Source: Macrostomum lignano | Taxonomy: Eukaryota | Assembly (NCBI GenBank): GCA_002269645.1 | Contig: NIVC01003935.1 | Coordinates: 1 to 64,000, forward strand | DNA: 64,000 nt | Direction of reading: 5' to 3' | Part shown: positions 1-13,329 of the stretch, piece by piece | Numbering within the stretch: position 1 is the first letter of the stretch | Layout: every line of letters starts with the position of its first letter | Made by a program: the position numbers and the translations under genes | The notes under the pieces: generated by a model | Seen by the model: only the letters and a program-made list of their open reading frames with translations | Databases searched by the model: none | Told to the model about the DNA's origin: nothing

Positions 1-2370
1 GCTCGTAAAGCTTGGACTGTTGTCAGAAACAATGTGCGCGGAATTCCGAACTGTGAAAAAGTTCATCGAAAGCACTAAATCACCGCGTTTCGAAGTAATG
101 TCCTTGGTGATGTGAATCTCTGGATAGCTTGTGAATGAGTCTACCATCACTAGGATGTAACGATTCTCAATTGGTCCAGCGAAATCCACATGGACTCGAT
201 CCCAAGGACCATCTGCTTCTGGCCATGAAGTACGAAAGTTTCTATTCTGTGGCTTGGCTCAGCGATACGTTTTACACAGACCAATCGCTCTCTCGAGATC
301 TCTATCTATCGCAGGCCACCAGGACTCCGTCCTGGCCAATGCCTTTGATCTAGCAATTCCTAAATGTGCCTCATGAACTGATTTGATCACTCTATCCCGT
401 AGCAGCTTCGGAACGACGATTCTGTTATCCATGAGGACCAGATTATCTTGAACTCTTAGTTCATCCCGGACAGGTTTGTACGATCTCAGTTTCGGATCTT
501 GAAAATCTCCTGTCGTTATAGCTTTATTAATATCTGCATCTCCCGACAAACCTTCCCGAGGAAGCTCCTTATCAGCTACTAGAATGTAGATCAACGGTTT
601 ATGATCTGTGATCAAGCTGAACTTCCTGCCACAGAGAAATCGGTGACATCTGCGCACGCCCCATACTATGGCAAGGGCCTCGCGCTCTATTTGAGAGTAG
701 TTTTTCTCGGCTTTTGAAAGAGCTTTGCTTATATAGATAACTGGGCGTCCTTCTTGGCTCAGTACTCCTCCCAAAGCCTTCTGCGATGCGTCAACCTCCA
801 GCTTCACAGGCAACTTCGGATCATAGGCGTACAGCTCTGCGACCTTTGAAATTGACGACTTTATGTTGTTAAAAGCTTTCATTTGCTGTTGGCCCCAGTG
901 GAACGGTATATCTTTTTGCTTTAGTTGAACCAGCGCGGCTGTCTTATCCGACAAATTAGGGATGAAACGAGCACAGAACGTTACTAATCCCAGAAACGAC
1001 TTTAACTCTGCCAGATTCTTCGGTGGCTCCATCGCCTTTATCGCACCGACCTTCTCTTCATTCGGGAAGATTAGACCATTATCCAGAACGTGGCCTACAA
1101 ACCATACTCTACTGCGGTTCCGTTGGCACTTCTGCTTATTTATTCGGAGTCCTTCCTCTTCCGGACGCTGTCACACCTGTTGCTCTCTATACTGCAGCTC
1201 ATCCTTACCTTCAATCAAGACGTCATCGATAGATACAGATATGTCCTGAATTAAAATATAGCTCTATATTTGTCTATGACCCATCCACAGCTAATACGAC
1301 AGCATTCTAGGCGGTAAATCTTGAGTAACAACTATGAAGAAAATTCTCCAAATCAGAGGTCACTTCTCCGTTTATTCATACAGACTCGAGATTTCGCATG
1401 AGTCAGAGCGACTGCTCATTAGATTCGTACCGCCTCTTGCTTATTTGCTTGCAAAATGTCGTTTAGAACGCGTCATTTTCGGAACTTGAATGCAAAGTGA
1501 ACCAAGCTCTACCATGAACTGTCTGAATTGAACGGAACTATTTCAACTTTGACTGCACATTTGACAGAATAAAATTTAAAAAAGTATAGTCGTTCAGATC
1601 GGCAATCCTGGTAATGTTCAATAGAAATTTTTTCCAGGTCTACATGCACCACGCCCCTACCAGGCAGGGCAAACATCCTGCTTAAAGCCACGACTCTTGA
1701 AATAGGACGAAAAACCTTCGGTCCTTTCACGCAGTTTGAAGCTTGAGCTGGCGGATAAAGGAGCACATCAACGTGATAGTCAGAAATGACCCCTTTTTTG
1801 CCGCAGTCGAGTGCGCAACAGCTATAGAACATCATCTGATTGTACATGTACACCCTTCGTCTGCAGCAAAAAGTGCTGTCCATCACCTTTTGATTTACAG
1901 TGCCTCGTAGTAGTATAATTTTCCACATCTCCTGCAGGTATTTACCATTTACGGGACACTCAGCTTTATTTTTGTCTGTTACGCCACATTTCAAGCAGCT
2001 GGTATTTGAAAGGGGAATTTTCTTGAATGCCAAACTGTCTGCCTGTCGAATGGGTCTTAAAGGAGTCTTGGTGTTGAACTTCTTTCCTACCTTCATGATG
2101 CTCTCAATTCGTGGGCATGGCTGCATAAGTCCTTACCAGTCATTTTTTGCCTTATCGTTCAAACCGCTTAAAAAGTGGTCTAGAAGAAACTCTTCACAAT
2201 CTGAAAACATGATTTTATCTGATGCTCTTAGTAGCCGCTATGACGCCCTGACTTCGATGTCTTGCGCCTCAGATTTAAGAATGCGAAGCTTTCAGCCAGC
2301 GCGTAGATCTGAGGGATTAGAATTTATTGAAATGCCGTCGCACGTCCGTGAGCTTGGAACGTCCTGAGAC
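1..2370 (-). mobile_element. Degenerate Ty3/Gypsy LTR retrotransposon (gag, RT, RNase H, start of integrase); runs off the window start
   Basis: ORF 259-1032 has RT thumb/RNase H motifs (LKSFLGLVTFCARFIPNLS, LEVDASQKALGGVLSQ, NYSQIEREALAIVWG, LITDHKPL) and the integrase zinc-binding region (VHEAHLGIARSK...WWPAID). Decayed YxDD (SVSIDDVLIEG) near 1210-1245. Gag-like FLLDHFLSGLND near 2150-2200. Many stops and frameshifts. Confidence 0.85.
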
Positions 2371-2439
2371 AGGTAGTCAGCTAAAGACATCGTAAAGCAA
2401 TGGTGCCAAGCACATTAACAAAACCTGAGCCACTTAGCT

Positions 2440-3360
2440 CACTTAGCTCAAAGCTGTGGTAGGTATCCTTGAGGTCCAACAACGTGAAGCGATTGCATCC
2501 AGCCGTTTCACTTTCTCAACAATGTCGCTCTTTTCAAGCTCTTTTCAAGCTAGCCTCTTCTTGGCTTGTACAAGCGAAAACGGGAGCGGTCAAACTGTCG
2601 AAACCACGATACGTGTGTTTTCTCTCCCTCCCAGTCTCACTGAAATTCAGTTGTACTCCACAACAGTTTGACAGCGTGTCGAATCTTCAATTCCCAAGCT
2701 GGTAAACAAATTCCGCCCGATCACCGGCTTTGCATCCAGATTCATCACTACCACAGGTGTGAACATTCGCAGTGCCACACACAGATAGATCTTGACCTCC
2801 GTATGAAGTCAGCCGACATTCTGGCTCTGTTGTCTAGTGCAGTCCCAGCTGTTGAGTCACAGACTTAGATACGCAGGTTACGGATGCTCCCGAGTCCACC
2901 ATCATTAACACCCTGCTGTTTTGCCCCTGGTCGCGTTGATGTTCTTTACTTCGCCACCTGAAGACAGGGTGCTCTTGCTCACTTTCTTCTGTACAGCAGC
3001 GATTTACGATCTACGATCAGCGATCGTACACCTCTAGCTTTAGCGGCAATGGATCCTTAATGAGCAGTTCCTTGATCACCGACTCGCTCCGTAGTCCAGC
3101 CACGAATCGGTCGCTTAGGGCTTTATTCAGAAAGTTCCCGAACTGAAATCTGTAGTCCTGCGCTCGCAGCCGATTTTCAATATCCGCTGCTGACTCGTTA
3201 TCCTAGGAAAATGAATTCAAAACCGAACATTAGCATATTTTCTTCTTTCTCTTCTTTTTTTTACCAAATTCCAGTTGTATTGATGTTTTCGCGACATGTT
3301 TTGCCGAACCGTCTGCATCCTCAGGCGATAATACAGAATGAAGCTAACATGACACAATAA
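2440..3360 (-). mobile_element. Second, truncated Gypsy fragment (gag, protease, RT start)
   Basis: Minus-strand translation gives gag-like FQFGNFLNKALSDRFVAGLRSESVIKELL (~3070-3160), protease C-terminus LTSYGGQDLSVCGTANV and VIGRNLFTSLGI (~2690-2810), and RT-start-like PFSLVQ...ELEKSDIVEKV (~2510-2590). Confidence 0.7.
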
Positions 3361-3739
3361 ATCAGGTGTAGGCAGCAAAATTTGATGGCAAGTTTAAGAG
3401 GCAAGCAAGCTCGTAGGTCAGAACACCCTTAAATGGTGTTCTTTGACTCTGCTTTGACGTTAAATCGTCGTTAACGAACATTCCCATTAAGTTGCTATTA
3501 ACCTAGTCTATCAGATAGATACGTCTATTGTGAGGGCCCGCAGACAGCGACTCCACTGTTATGTTTTCTTTCGCTCAACCGCGTTAGTCTCTCTGAAAAA
3601 AAGAGAATAGTATATTTGCTTTGGCTCGCAAGCCATCTTCAGCATTTAAAGTTCAGGGTCTCAACCCTATAAAATATAAAATGCAATGGTTGCAGTCCCT
3701 TTCGCGTCACAACAGATATTGAAGACGTTCCCTCAGTTG

Positions 3740-4130
3740 CAGCGTCACCCAACTCTTTTGCCACGTTGTGCAGCACACAGCAGACAATTATTTAGGTGGG
3801 AACTCGCTCCAGCTTCACCCTGATGATTTACTTTAGGATCGAGTAGCGTCGCTTCAGCTGACCGAACGCATTTTCAATCACGACTCTTCACTCGAATGAA
3901 GTGAGCCTGTTTCGGAGAGTCTGGATTTTTGAATGGCTTCATGATGAAGGGAGCGATGCCGTAGTCCTTGTCACCAAGAAGTAGAGTTCCCTGGCTATTG
4001 GTCAGATCAACGTAGATGCTGGAGTTCTTGAAAATTCTGTAATCGTGCACAGAGCTGGTCATGAATCTGTGCCTTTTATCACAGGTGGCCTGAACGTTGA
4101 TTGACGCGAATTTGTGGCGTTTAACGTACT
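3740..4130 (-). mobile_element. PIF/Harbinger DDE transposase (HARBI1-like) remnant
   Basis: SINVQATCD...SVHDYRIFKNS...LLLGDKDYGIAPFIMKPFKNP, then across a frameshift VIENAFGQLKRRYSIL and CCAVLHNV. These are the catalytic-core motifs of Harbinger nucleases. Confidence 0.8.
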
Positions 4131-4639
4131 AGATCGTAAGAATAATTAGTGCCTATGATGGCCAATGGTTACTCGAATTTTCCTTACCACCTCAGCTTGA
4201 CCTACAGCGCTTGCTTGGACCTGATTATGGCCACTTGATCCACAAATGCGACTGGAAACAGATGCTCGGCACAACCTACCACAAAGTTTTGGAAACGGAC
4301 AGCTGATGGATTTTAAACTAGCTGGCAATCCCTGTTTGAAATCCTGGATTGGCGAGGTAGCTCAGGGTCACCTCCATTCGCTGTACGAGTCGCAGTGCAC
4401 TTCCACGGGTCAAGGAAGTACGACGCCAAGAGCTGCATATTTGGCTGCGAAAATCAGAACAGTCGCCGGATACTACCAATCTCGGTACACATCAGTTGAA
4501 TGCCGCTTTAGTTACAGCTTCCCCCACGAAGGTGCAATCTCTGGCATGAACTCTGTCATCATTTTCAATTTTTTTCGCCAGTTAAAGCAGCCTTTTCGTT
4601 CATGCTGAATTGAGCAACTGCTATTCAGCTGAGTTCAGT

Positions 4640-6300
4640 TTTCAGGGTCTGAGAAAATTCTCATAAGCTGTAACTCGTGAGCATTTGCTTAGAAGTAAAA
4701 GGACTTTGTCAAATTTAGAAGACGGTTCTGTCAAAACTGAACGCCAATTGCCGTCAATATTGAAATACAGCCTGTCAAAAGTGAATGGGTATCTGATTCT
4801 GTTGTTGGGCCAAGATGCGAGTGCCTGAAAGACACCGAGTGATAGTTGACAGCAAGGTCGCCGTAGTTCGATCCTCAACAGGCACTATCAAACATTTCAG
4901 GGTGTCACTCAACCGTTGGCCACACAAAGCTAGGACCTAGGTGCAGATGGTGTGTCTTCCTGGCCTGGGCTATGGTCGGCCATGTTTGTTCTTATCGACT
5001 CAATCTGCTCGATCCGTGAATGCTGCACAGATAATGGTGAATCTCGATCCATGCTTCTTTTTATGTGGGATCACCAGACGATAAAGAGCATCAGATGCCA
5101 TATTCTTGCTCGTCGGTACTCGAAACTCGAAATCTCGAAATCATATGCGGTCAGGAAAATGGCCATCCTCTGAAGTTCAGTCGAAGCTCGCGCTGGAAGA
5201 ACTCCCGGCTAGTAAGATGAGTGGCCTGTGATCTGTGATCAGTTTAAACTTTCTTCAGCATAGAAACCTGTGGCATCTGCGAATTTCGATACCAAGAGCC
5301 TCCCACTTGATATGTGAGTAATTTGTCTCCGCCCAAGATAGGACCTTGCTTATGAACAGAACAGGTTAACCATCCTGACTTAGAACACCTCCAAGAGCCT
5401 CTGTGAAGTGTCTGTTTGTATATAAAATATTTGGGCTGTGACTGGAGCCGAGTGTGCCCGAGAGTATTCTCCTACGAGCACATTATTAATTATGCAAATG
5501 AAAACTGAACCTGGTCGACTCACTTGCCGAGCTGCAGGCTTTGAAATAGAAAGCGATACAGCGTTAAACATAAGCAAATTTGTTCCTACCAACAGTATCA
5601 ACTTCCAGTTCAATGGGCAGCTTGGGGCCGTATTATCGCAGCATCGTATTCTTGAAAACTGTATCTTCTTGAATGGTTCCCACCTGAACGATACATCTTT
5701 CTGTTCTAGCTCGAGCCAGGACTCCAGCTCCGCCAAATTCTTAGGTTGTGGCATGCTTTTGATGGCCTGGACCTTGTCCTCGTTGGGGTAAATTTTTCCG
5801 TCATCCAACATGAACCATAGGAAGTTTACTCCCGTTTTGTTGTTCCGCTGATACTTCTGAAAATCGACCTTCAGATTTTCCTTTTCCAGCCTCTAAAGGA
5901 CATTTTTCTCACCTATACTACTGAGCCTTGTACATCTCGAATGACCTGCCATATGTATCTTTGAAAAACTCGATTCGGGGCGGTCTTAATTCCGAAAATG
6001 ATTCGATTGTATAGCTGAGAAACTATAGCTAGCTTAGAAAACGTGCAGCGCCTGCTGTCTATGCTTTGACTCTGCCGAACTAACAGCGAACCTGCGGCCT
6101 CAATGAGCAGTGAAACAAAAACCATACAGTGGCCTTTCCGATAAAAGCCGGTTAGCTTCGAGGAGATGCGAACACAAACTGGTCTCACTCCTGAGTTTAA
6201 ACACGCTCTTAGGCCTGCATGTAGATACCAAATTCTTGGACTCATGCCTTCTAGGTGGTACGAGGTATTACCAGTTCCCTGCAAAGGCAGCTCGCAACGA
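4640..6300 (-). mobile_element. Third degenerate Gypsy pol remnant
   Basis: GKIYPNEDKVQAIKSMPQPKNLAELES (RT thumb) and FGIKTAPNRVFQRYI...IRDVQG (RT core), with RNase H/integrase fragments toward 4650-5300. Heavily frameshifted. Confidence 0.7.
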
Positions 6301-8150
6301 CTAAGACGGAGAGTAGTTCGCTTAACAACAGTAGAAGAATGAAAACCACCAAGCGCTTTGTTGTGTTACTTGCTGTAACACAATGAACGAACACAATGTT
6401 CTTATTGTTGTGTTAGATATTATGTGCCGTGAGCAACTAGCTCCGGTCTTGGTCCGTTGCGATTGCCTTTGCCGTTGCGAGCCGCCAAGCCTAGAGAATT
6501 GGGACGCGTGACCTGAACCTCGCGAATACTCTATGGTATACACATACAAATCACATACAAATATGTGTTACATTAATACACATGGTTATACGATTCCCAC
6601 ATGGTTACATTACGCACAAGGTTAGATTTTATGTTTTGGCAGTCTAGACCAAAGGGTGCTTTTCGTGCTGACTGCACTTTCTGTATTCTATATTCTTTAT
6701 TTTTCTTCCTTCGGCAGCTCTGCAACTTCTAAATGATTTTATCTACCCGGGAACAGGTGTTAATGAAAATCCAATTAGCTTTGATTTTGCTTTTCAAGAT
6801 CGCGCGTTTCAACCAATTACCAATCACACAACAAATGGCAGAGAGATTCACAACTTACTAATTGGAATGCTTTTTTGCACATGTAATTAAGTCTTTTTGG
6901 CGAAATATATAAAAATCCTCACGGATAAGATCGAGTTTTGGTTCAGATTAAAACTGGATCATTGAATTTTAACCCATACGTTTTTTCTAACAAGTGTGCA
7001 CTATTCGAAATTAGTTAATTAAAAAAGACGAACGAAAAAGTACTGAATGGTATATTTGAATTCTAAGTGTTAAACAACACGCTATCCAATAAAACTTTTT
7101 ATATCTAACGTTAAAAATGTGTTTGATCGTTATGTCAACAAAAACCGGGTGCACAACACTAAATATACTTACTTAGTAGTGTTATCGAGAGTTGCCAGAT
7201 AAAATAGCTGAATTATTTTTCATGAAACTTAGTGAAACCGAAAAAAATTGAATTGCAATAAATAATAAAATATGAGAATAATATTATAGCTAAACAACAC
7301 TAGCTATCTGGTAAAATATTAAATTTTTAATGTATAGCTTTGTTATAAAATTAATATGATCAGTAAAATAACATTCATACGCTTGATTTACAATATATAT
7401 GAAATTAAATTACCGTAGGGCTTGAAAGGGCTGCTAGTAGCTAATATCGCGAATGCATCTAAATTTTTCAAAAATTAAGCTAGCTTCTGTCTCTAGTCTC
7501 TATGTAACATTAAAAGTTTAACAACATACAAGCAAATAACCATATATACGAGGATGCATACTTTTGTGATAACTGTGTTCTTTTATAACGTAAAATTTTA
7601 ATCATGACTTTGAAAGCATCCAATATCAAAGCTTTATAGAGGAGATTTAGTGAATAACTTGTTCGATGATAAGACTTAAGCAACTGAGATATATTCAACA
7701 TATGGTAAATACGTGTGCGTGTGCATTTGCTAAAGTGCAGTTACTTATCGATCAATCGGCGTAGTAAAACAATGCAAAGTCAGCATTGCAAAATATGACG
7801 GCAAAATTGCAATCTCTAATCGAGTGTCGAATCCTATATAAATTTAGCGACAAATCATAGACTGCATTGAAGTAAAAACTTTCCAAGGATGAAAACTAAA
7901 AGCACCGACCGCAGATGACTAATAATCAATAAAACTTAAACCATGAAACTTCGGAAACAACAAGATTAATAAAAAACTGTCTTTTACGTGACCCAACCCA
8001 ACAAAAACATTTCACATATCAAGTTTCCAATCATTTTCGCTCACTTTTTTACCTATTCTCATATAAAACTTCTCCCACTGCTTTGCTTTGCTCCATATTG
8101 CAACTTCAGCGACTTCTTGATCCATGCTCACTGCTCAGTCGCCGTTGTTT

Positions 8151-9498
8151 TCACACCTGTCCCGTTCCGACCATCGGTTTCGTCGCATTCATGCGAGCCG
8201 AGGTGGCTTCCACCTCCATCCTGCTACTCAGATTGGTGGTCCCAACGCTGGCCTCCGGACTGCACCGGCTGCCGAAGATCAGGCGCAGCAGCCGCATGCA
8301 GACTGCGCGATAGCCAACGCGGAATTCCTTGTTGCTGAGTCCGTAGACGATGAAGTTGACGCTTGAGTTTGTGTGGGCAAATAAGATCGCATAAGCGTGC
8401 ATGTGGATCGGAAAGCTGTCGTCCCAGTCGAGGCAGACAAAAGTCGCGTACGGAGCCCAGCAGAAGGCGAACACGGCGAACACAATGAACAGAGTGCGGG
8501 CCAGGCGGATCGAGGCCGCGCTGCCGCCGGGTCGGACGCTGTTCGGAGATCCTCTCTGCGCATCTCTGGCATTTCCCAGCTGCAGATGGCGCACCCGAGC
8601 CATCGCCTGCCTGACGTGCACGAAGATGCGAAAGTAGCAGATGAGGATCACAATGCTGGGCGCAACTACAGCGCAGCAGGAGAAGAAGATCGTGTAGGAC
8701 CTGTCAGCCATGCGGTTCCACACGCAGGCAAAGTTCTTCCTGTCGTAGGCGAAGTCGCCCCAGCCCACAAAGTTGGGAAACTGCAGCAGCCAGCTCACAA
8801 TCCACAGGCCGACGCAGAGCGCTACGCAGCTGCGCCGGTTGAAGAATCTGTTGTAGCTGGCGTTGTTGCAGATGAAGATGCAGCGGTTGACGGCTACAGA
8901 AGCGATGCTGAGCAGCGAACAGTAGCAGGCGGTGAGGCAGGTCGAGGCCACGAACTCGCACAGGGCGGGTCGCTGCTCGAAGTAGATCTCGCCGTGCATT
9001 ACACCTGGAATTCCGTTTTTTGAATATTATATATGATTCGCCTCGAGGCTTCTGAAGGCAGGCAGCGCAGTGACTTACCAGTGATTCCAAGCGGGTCCAC
9101 GATTGTCGTGACGCACAGATCGGCGAGGGCCAAATTCACGACGAACAAGTTGCCTGCATGGCGCAGGGTCTGCAACATTGTGACGGTTCCGATGTGCAAC
9201 TGCCTGTGTCAGCAATTTTTTATAACAAAAATACAAAAAATACTGGAAATTTTCCAACCCTTTGCAGAAAGACAGCGCCAATAACCATGACGTTCCCCAG
9301 TGTTCCAACCACGGAGCCAAACGACAGAAGAAACAAGCCGGGATAGGTCACCTCTGGAGTTGACGTTTCGCTTTGATTGAATAGTTTTCAAGATAATTTT
9401 TCCTGGTATTCTGTTCTTAACCTCAACTTACCCGGTAAAATATGCAGTAAACTCTGCATTGTGTAATTGAACGCTGGCGCAAGTCCTGCAATATCCAT
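8151..9498 (-). CDS. Rhodopsin-class GPCR, melatonin-receptor-like (about 368 aa, 4 exons)
   Basis: Exons 9498-9432, 9353-9259, 9169-9079, 9004-8151 with GT-AG introns and consistent phases (1,0,1). N-terminal NYT sequon; TM1 GTLGNVMVIGAV; LRHAGNLFVVNLALADL; TM3 end SVAVNRC; TM6 FAFCWAPY; TM7 HTNSSVNFIVYGLSNKEFR. These motifs parallel vertebrate melatonin receptors (NRY, NAxxY). The 9258 donor (GTTGGA) is weak. Confidence 0.85.
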
Positions 9499-10089
9499 TT
9501 TACTTTTTGACCGAATATTCTAATCCAGTAAATGAAGATCAGCAACTCTAACGGTTTGTGTTCTCTCCGGCTAAAATATTCTGCTGGGGAGTATTTTCGT
9601 GATTCTTACTGGCTCCCAGACTCAGTGCCAGTCGATTCGCCCTGAGCGAATGGAGCCGATGTTTTCAGTGTCAAAATGAAATGTGATTAAAGGGGATGTG
9701 AAATTAAGAGTCAAAATGGCAGCCTTAAGTTCACATTAAGTTCCCATTTCTCATATTTCTCCCCATAGAGATCCCCAAAGTGGTCGAGTTTTCGACATAA
9801 TGCGAGCTATTTGGCTTCAAATGAAGGGATTGGCGTAGAGAAATCGGGACCTGATGCTTCAGTCTCCATTCTGGAGCCTTAAGTTCACATGAAATCCCCA
9901 TTTATCCCATTTCTCCCCATAGACTTTCGAACTTTGGTTCTCTGGAGACTTTTATTCTGTTTTTCATATCCGAAAACCTGATCTCCTTAGGTAAACTGAC
10001 CTCATTGAGATGTGCATGGTCATTACTGGTTAAGGCTTCTTCCAGAGGCATATTTCACTACAAAGTCCTTATCTTCCCCTTTTGTGGCT

Positions 10090-10297
10090 TTTAGAGGAGG
10101 TAACTGCGGCACACCTCGTCACCTTCTGCTCGCACTTCAACGAAGCACGGAGACGTCACGTTAGTACACTTCACTGTGCTTTGGGGGTTGGCCCCCTGGG
10201 GCGTTAATTGCACGAGCAGAGCCAAGCCAAGATTCCTTGGAATCGAGCCTGGGCCGCTGGCAAATCAGAGCGCCGCTTGACCACGAGGCGACGGCCC
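10090..10297 (-). mobile_element. tRNA-derived SINE, divergent copy
   Basis: Reverse complement starts GGGCCGTCGCCTCGTGGTCAAGCGGC (A-box-like) ...GGCTCGATTCC (B box) and shares the core GGCTCTGCTCGTGCAATTA...GCCAACCCCCAA..CACAGTGAAGTGTAC with the copies at 29678 and 43895. Confidence 0.7.
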
Positions 10298-13200
10298 TGC
10301 GTCCTAACGTGTAATAAGTTGTTTAATTTGTCGCCACGAGTTTCAACGTCAGGCATTACTTAGAAAATCTGGTTATTTAGATTTCTTCATGAAAAAATAA
10401 CTGCGAAATACTCACGCAGATAGTTCATGATTTGGGTGAAAAGATGTCATACTCCCTTAATTATATTGAATATGCTTCATATAACTTAGTATAGTTGCAA
10501 GCTACACAATTTGACTGTAAATATGCACCAAAAGTGGTAACTTTATTTTTATAGTCAACAGCATGGTCATCAGCAGTGTTTCCTCTGAGGGCCAGAGCAT
10601 CTCAGTAGTAAAAGTGTCCAACTCTTGCGACTTCATTCCTTGTTCGATTCGGTGCGCCGCCGCATTTAATTAGGGCTGCACAGCCCCATGAGTGCACATG
10701 CCTGGCGATTAGAAAATCAAGGCCGATGTACACCCTGTAAGCGTGTGTGCGAGTACGTGGATATTGGCGCCGCTTGTATGTCAGTCAGCACTGCTTGTAG
10801 GACGATGGTCACCGAAGTTGTTACGTCAGGGTGCCCACAGCCCGCAGCAGTATTTGCTAAGCGCGTATTATGCATGAATATGGAATAAGCCTGTTTTTGC
10901 TCAACATTACCAAGGTAGTTCGTCCGCTTTTGAACTGTTAACTTCGGGTGCTTCGGTTTGATTTCGGTTTGAAAAAGTATCAATGCTCATTACGATGAGC
11001 GTGACAAACGAGATGGTTTCATCAAAAGTATCTATTTGTGCTAGTTAGAAGCATCACTGCCTGTTGAAGCTCAAACCTTTCCGCGCCTGTGTCAATTTCG
11101 GCTCACCGTGTTTTCCGCTTCGCGTCTGGCTTCTGATTCGTGATCTGCACTGACCTGGAAGCAGCTAGTAGCAAGACTTCCTTTGAGGCCCCAATTAGGC
11201 TATGTTGACATGAACTCTTAATTAGAAAACTAGGTTAGTGCAAGCAGCTCAAATCAAGATCCGATGCTTTGAATCCTCAGTTTTTCATCGAGTGTTTTTC
11301 TTAAATTTTTCAAAGATTTTTTTAGATAATAAAACAAGTCATTTGTCATCAGATTCCTGTAAGCACTCAGCTTTTACAGGAATTATTGAATTGCATGATT
11401 TGTGACCCATAATACCCCATAGCTATTCGATCTTTTGCAGACAAAGTATTGTTAATGGGATTAGAAATTACCGTAAGAACAAGGTGGCTTAGCTGAAATT
11501 CCGAGATCAAGTTTGTCCAAGACATTTCTTAAGTTTTTAGACTCGTCGAAAATTATTTAAAAATCTAAGTAACACTGTTAGCTACTATGATCAGTAGTGC
11601 AAAATTGAATCATTCCTTTTTGTAGTCAAACGCTGACCACTAAAATCTATTGAGTGCTTTTAAAATCAGAAATTAATCCAGGTTTTCACAATTTAATGAA
11701 GCTAGCTAGTTTAAGCTAGTTTAATGAAGCCTTGTATTAATTAATTAGTGAAAACTTTATCATCCTAAAATTTTGGAATAAAAATCTGTGTATGCATCGA
11801 AATTTCTAGCATAACAACTTTCTTCTAAATACTTGTATATAAATGCCTGCATTACACTGTCTCAGCTCTGTAAATGCCCCTCAAGTCTCACCGCCCCGTG
11901 CAATTGTAAGCGTACAATGAAAGGAAGAAATACAAGCCGTCTTTCGTCTCAGAACAACCTCAGGCGCTGTTGAAACCAATTTGAAATCAAAAAGACGTTG
12001 CTTACCCTTGGGATTGCTCGTTGTCAAGCAATGTATACAGACAGCAATTCAACTAATTCCATTTATTTTTTCCAAAATCATGACATGATATTCGAAAATT
12101 TCTAACAGTACGCTCGACCGTGTTTAAAAAATGTTCCAAATACCAAACTCTATACGTTCTAACATACGGCTCTCGCACCGTTCCAGCTGAACTTCCCACT
12201 GTAGATTGCTTGTCTTCTCCCTCATCGCTGTGGTGTACGCTGTCATTGCCATCTTTACTGCCATCATTATCACCCACCATTGTCATTGGCAGCTTCGGCT
12301 TTGTCGCATTCTACTACTGCTGGAACTTCTTCGTCAGCCGCGAGTCACGGCGATCTCGTTGAGGTAAATTCACAAAATCTATTAACAGCGAGACTATATT
12401 TTCCAAATTAAATACTGAGATGTTTCACCCTAATTCGTGGTACGCAACTGTCTCGAAAACGTAACTTGACTGTTGGTCATGCAGCAATGTACATGAGTTT
12501 GCATCCGGAAGCAAAGGGCATCGCACAATTCTCTTCTTCAAAATATTTTCTGCATCATCCGACGGTTTTAACGACAGATCAGTCAGCTCTTCTTCGGTGC
12601 CCTGCGGTCCGTGGCTGCAAGCGGCCTGGCCCAGTCTGACTCGACGTTCCACAACTGCGAAGACGACAACTGCAAGGCTGCCATGGCAGCAGCCTGCGCC
12701 CCCACCGGTGCCAGTGTTGCATGCCAGGCACCACAGCAGCAGCTGGTGCCACAGCAGCTGCTCCAAGAAAAGCTGGACTCTTGGCAGGGTGCAAGCAATG
12801 CCTCGCTGGAAGCTGCTGAGTACGTTTGGCGGGTATGTGCTAAAGTGAATTAGCCGAGTCCTTCACTGTCAGCTGTGCAGCTCTTTGCTTACAGCATCCA
12901 TACCTGCGGGGGGCTCACATCCGGATCCAGCACAAGACCTGCTCGCATGCAAATCACGGGTTAACTGCTCCGCGCCGGTGGCGCTTGTTGCATTCATGAA
13001 GATGGAGGGAAGATATCACTGAAATTAGTTGAGGGGGCGGATTCTGGAGCGTAAAAAGACCTGGGGGGCGGAGGGGATAGCTCTGTACTTGGCAAAAATT
13101 TGCTTGGTTCCCCCAATGACTTTTTTCAGGTATCCGCCACTGAACTCAAGAACGTAATTTTGTTTTATTCTGCGGTAAAAATAATTTCACTGTGTTATAA

Positions 13201-13329
13201 ATAGTTTCCTGTTTTAAGCTCGTATGTTTTTTTTAACCTGCAATGCACAAAAATATTGCTGGAATGTTGGCTAAATAATAAATATGATCATCACTAAGTA
13301 ATCCAGTAAGCATTAAATGTTTGACTTAC

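Noticed and set aside
10688-12900. Short ORFs at 10.7-11.0 kb and 12.0-12.9 kb
   Set aside because: No recognisable motifs or consistent exon structure could be supported.
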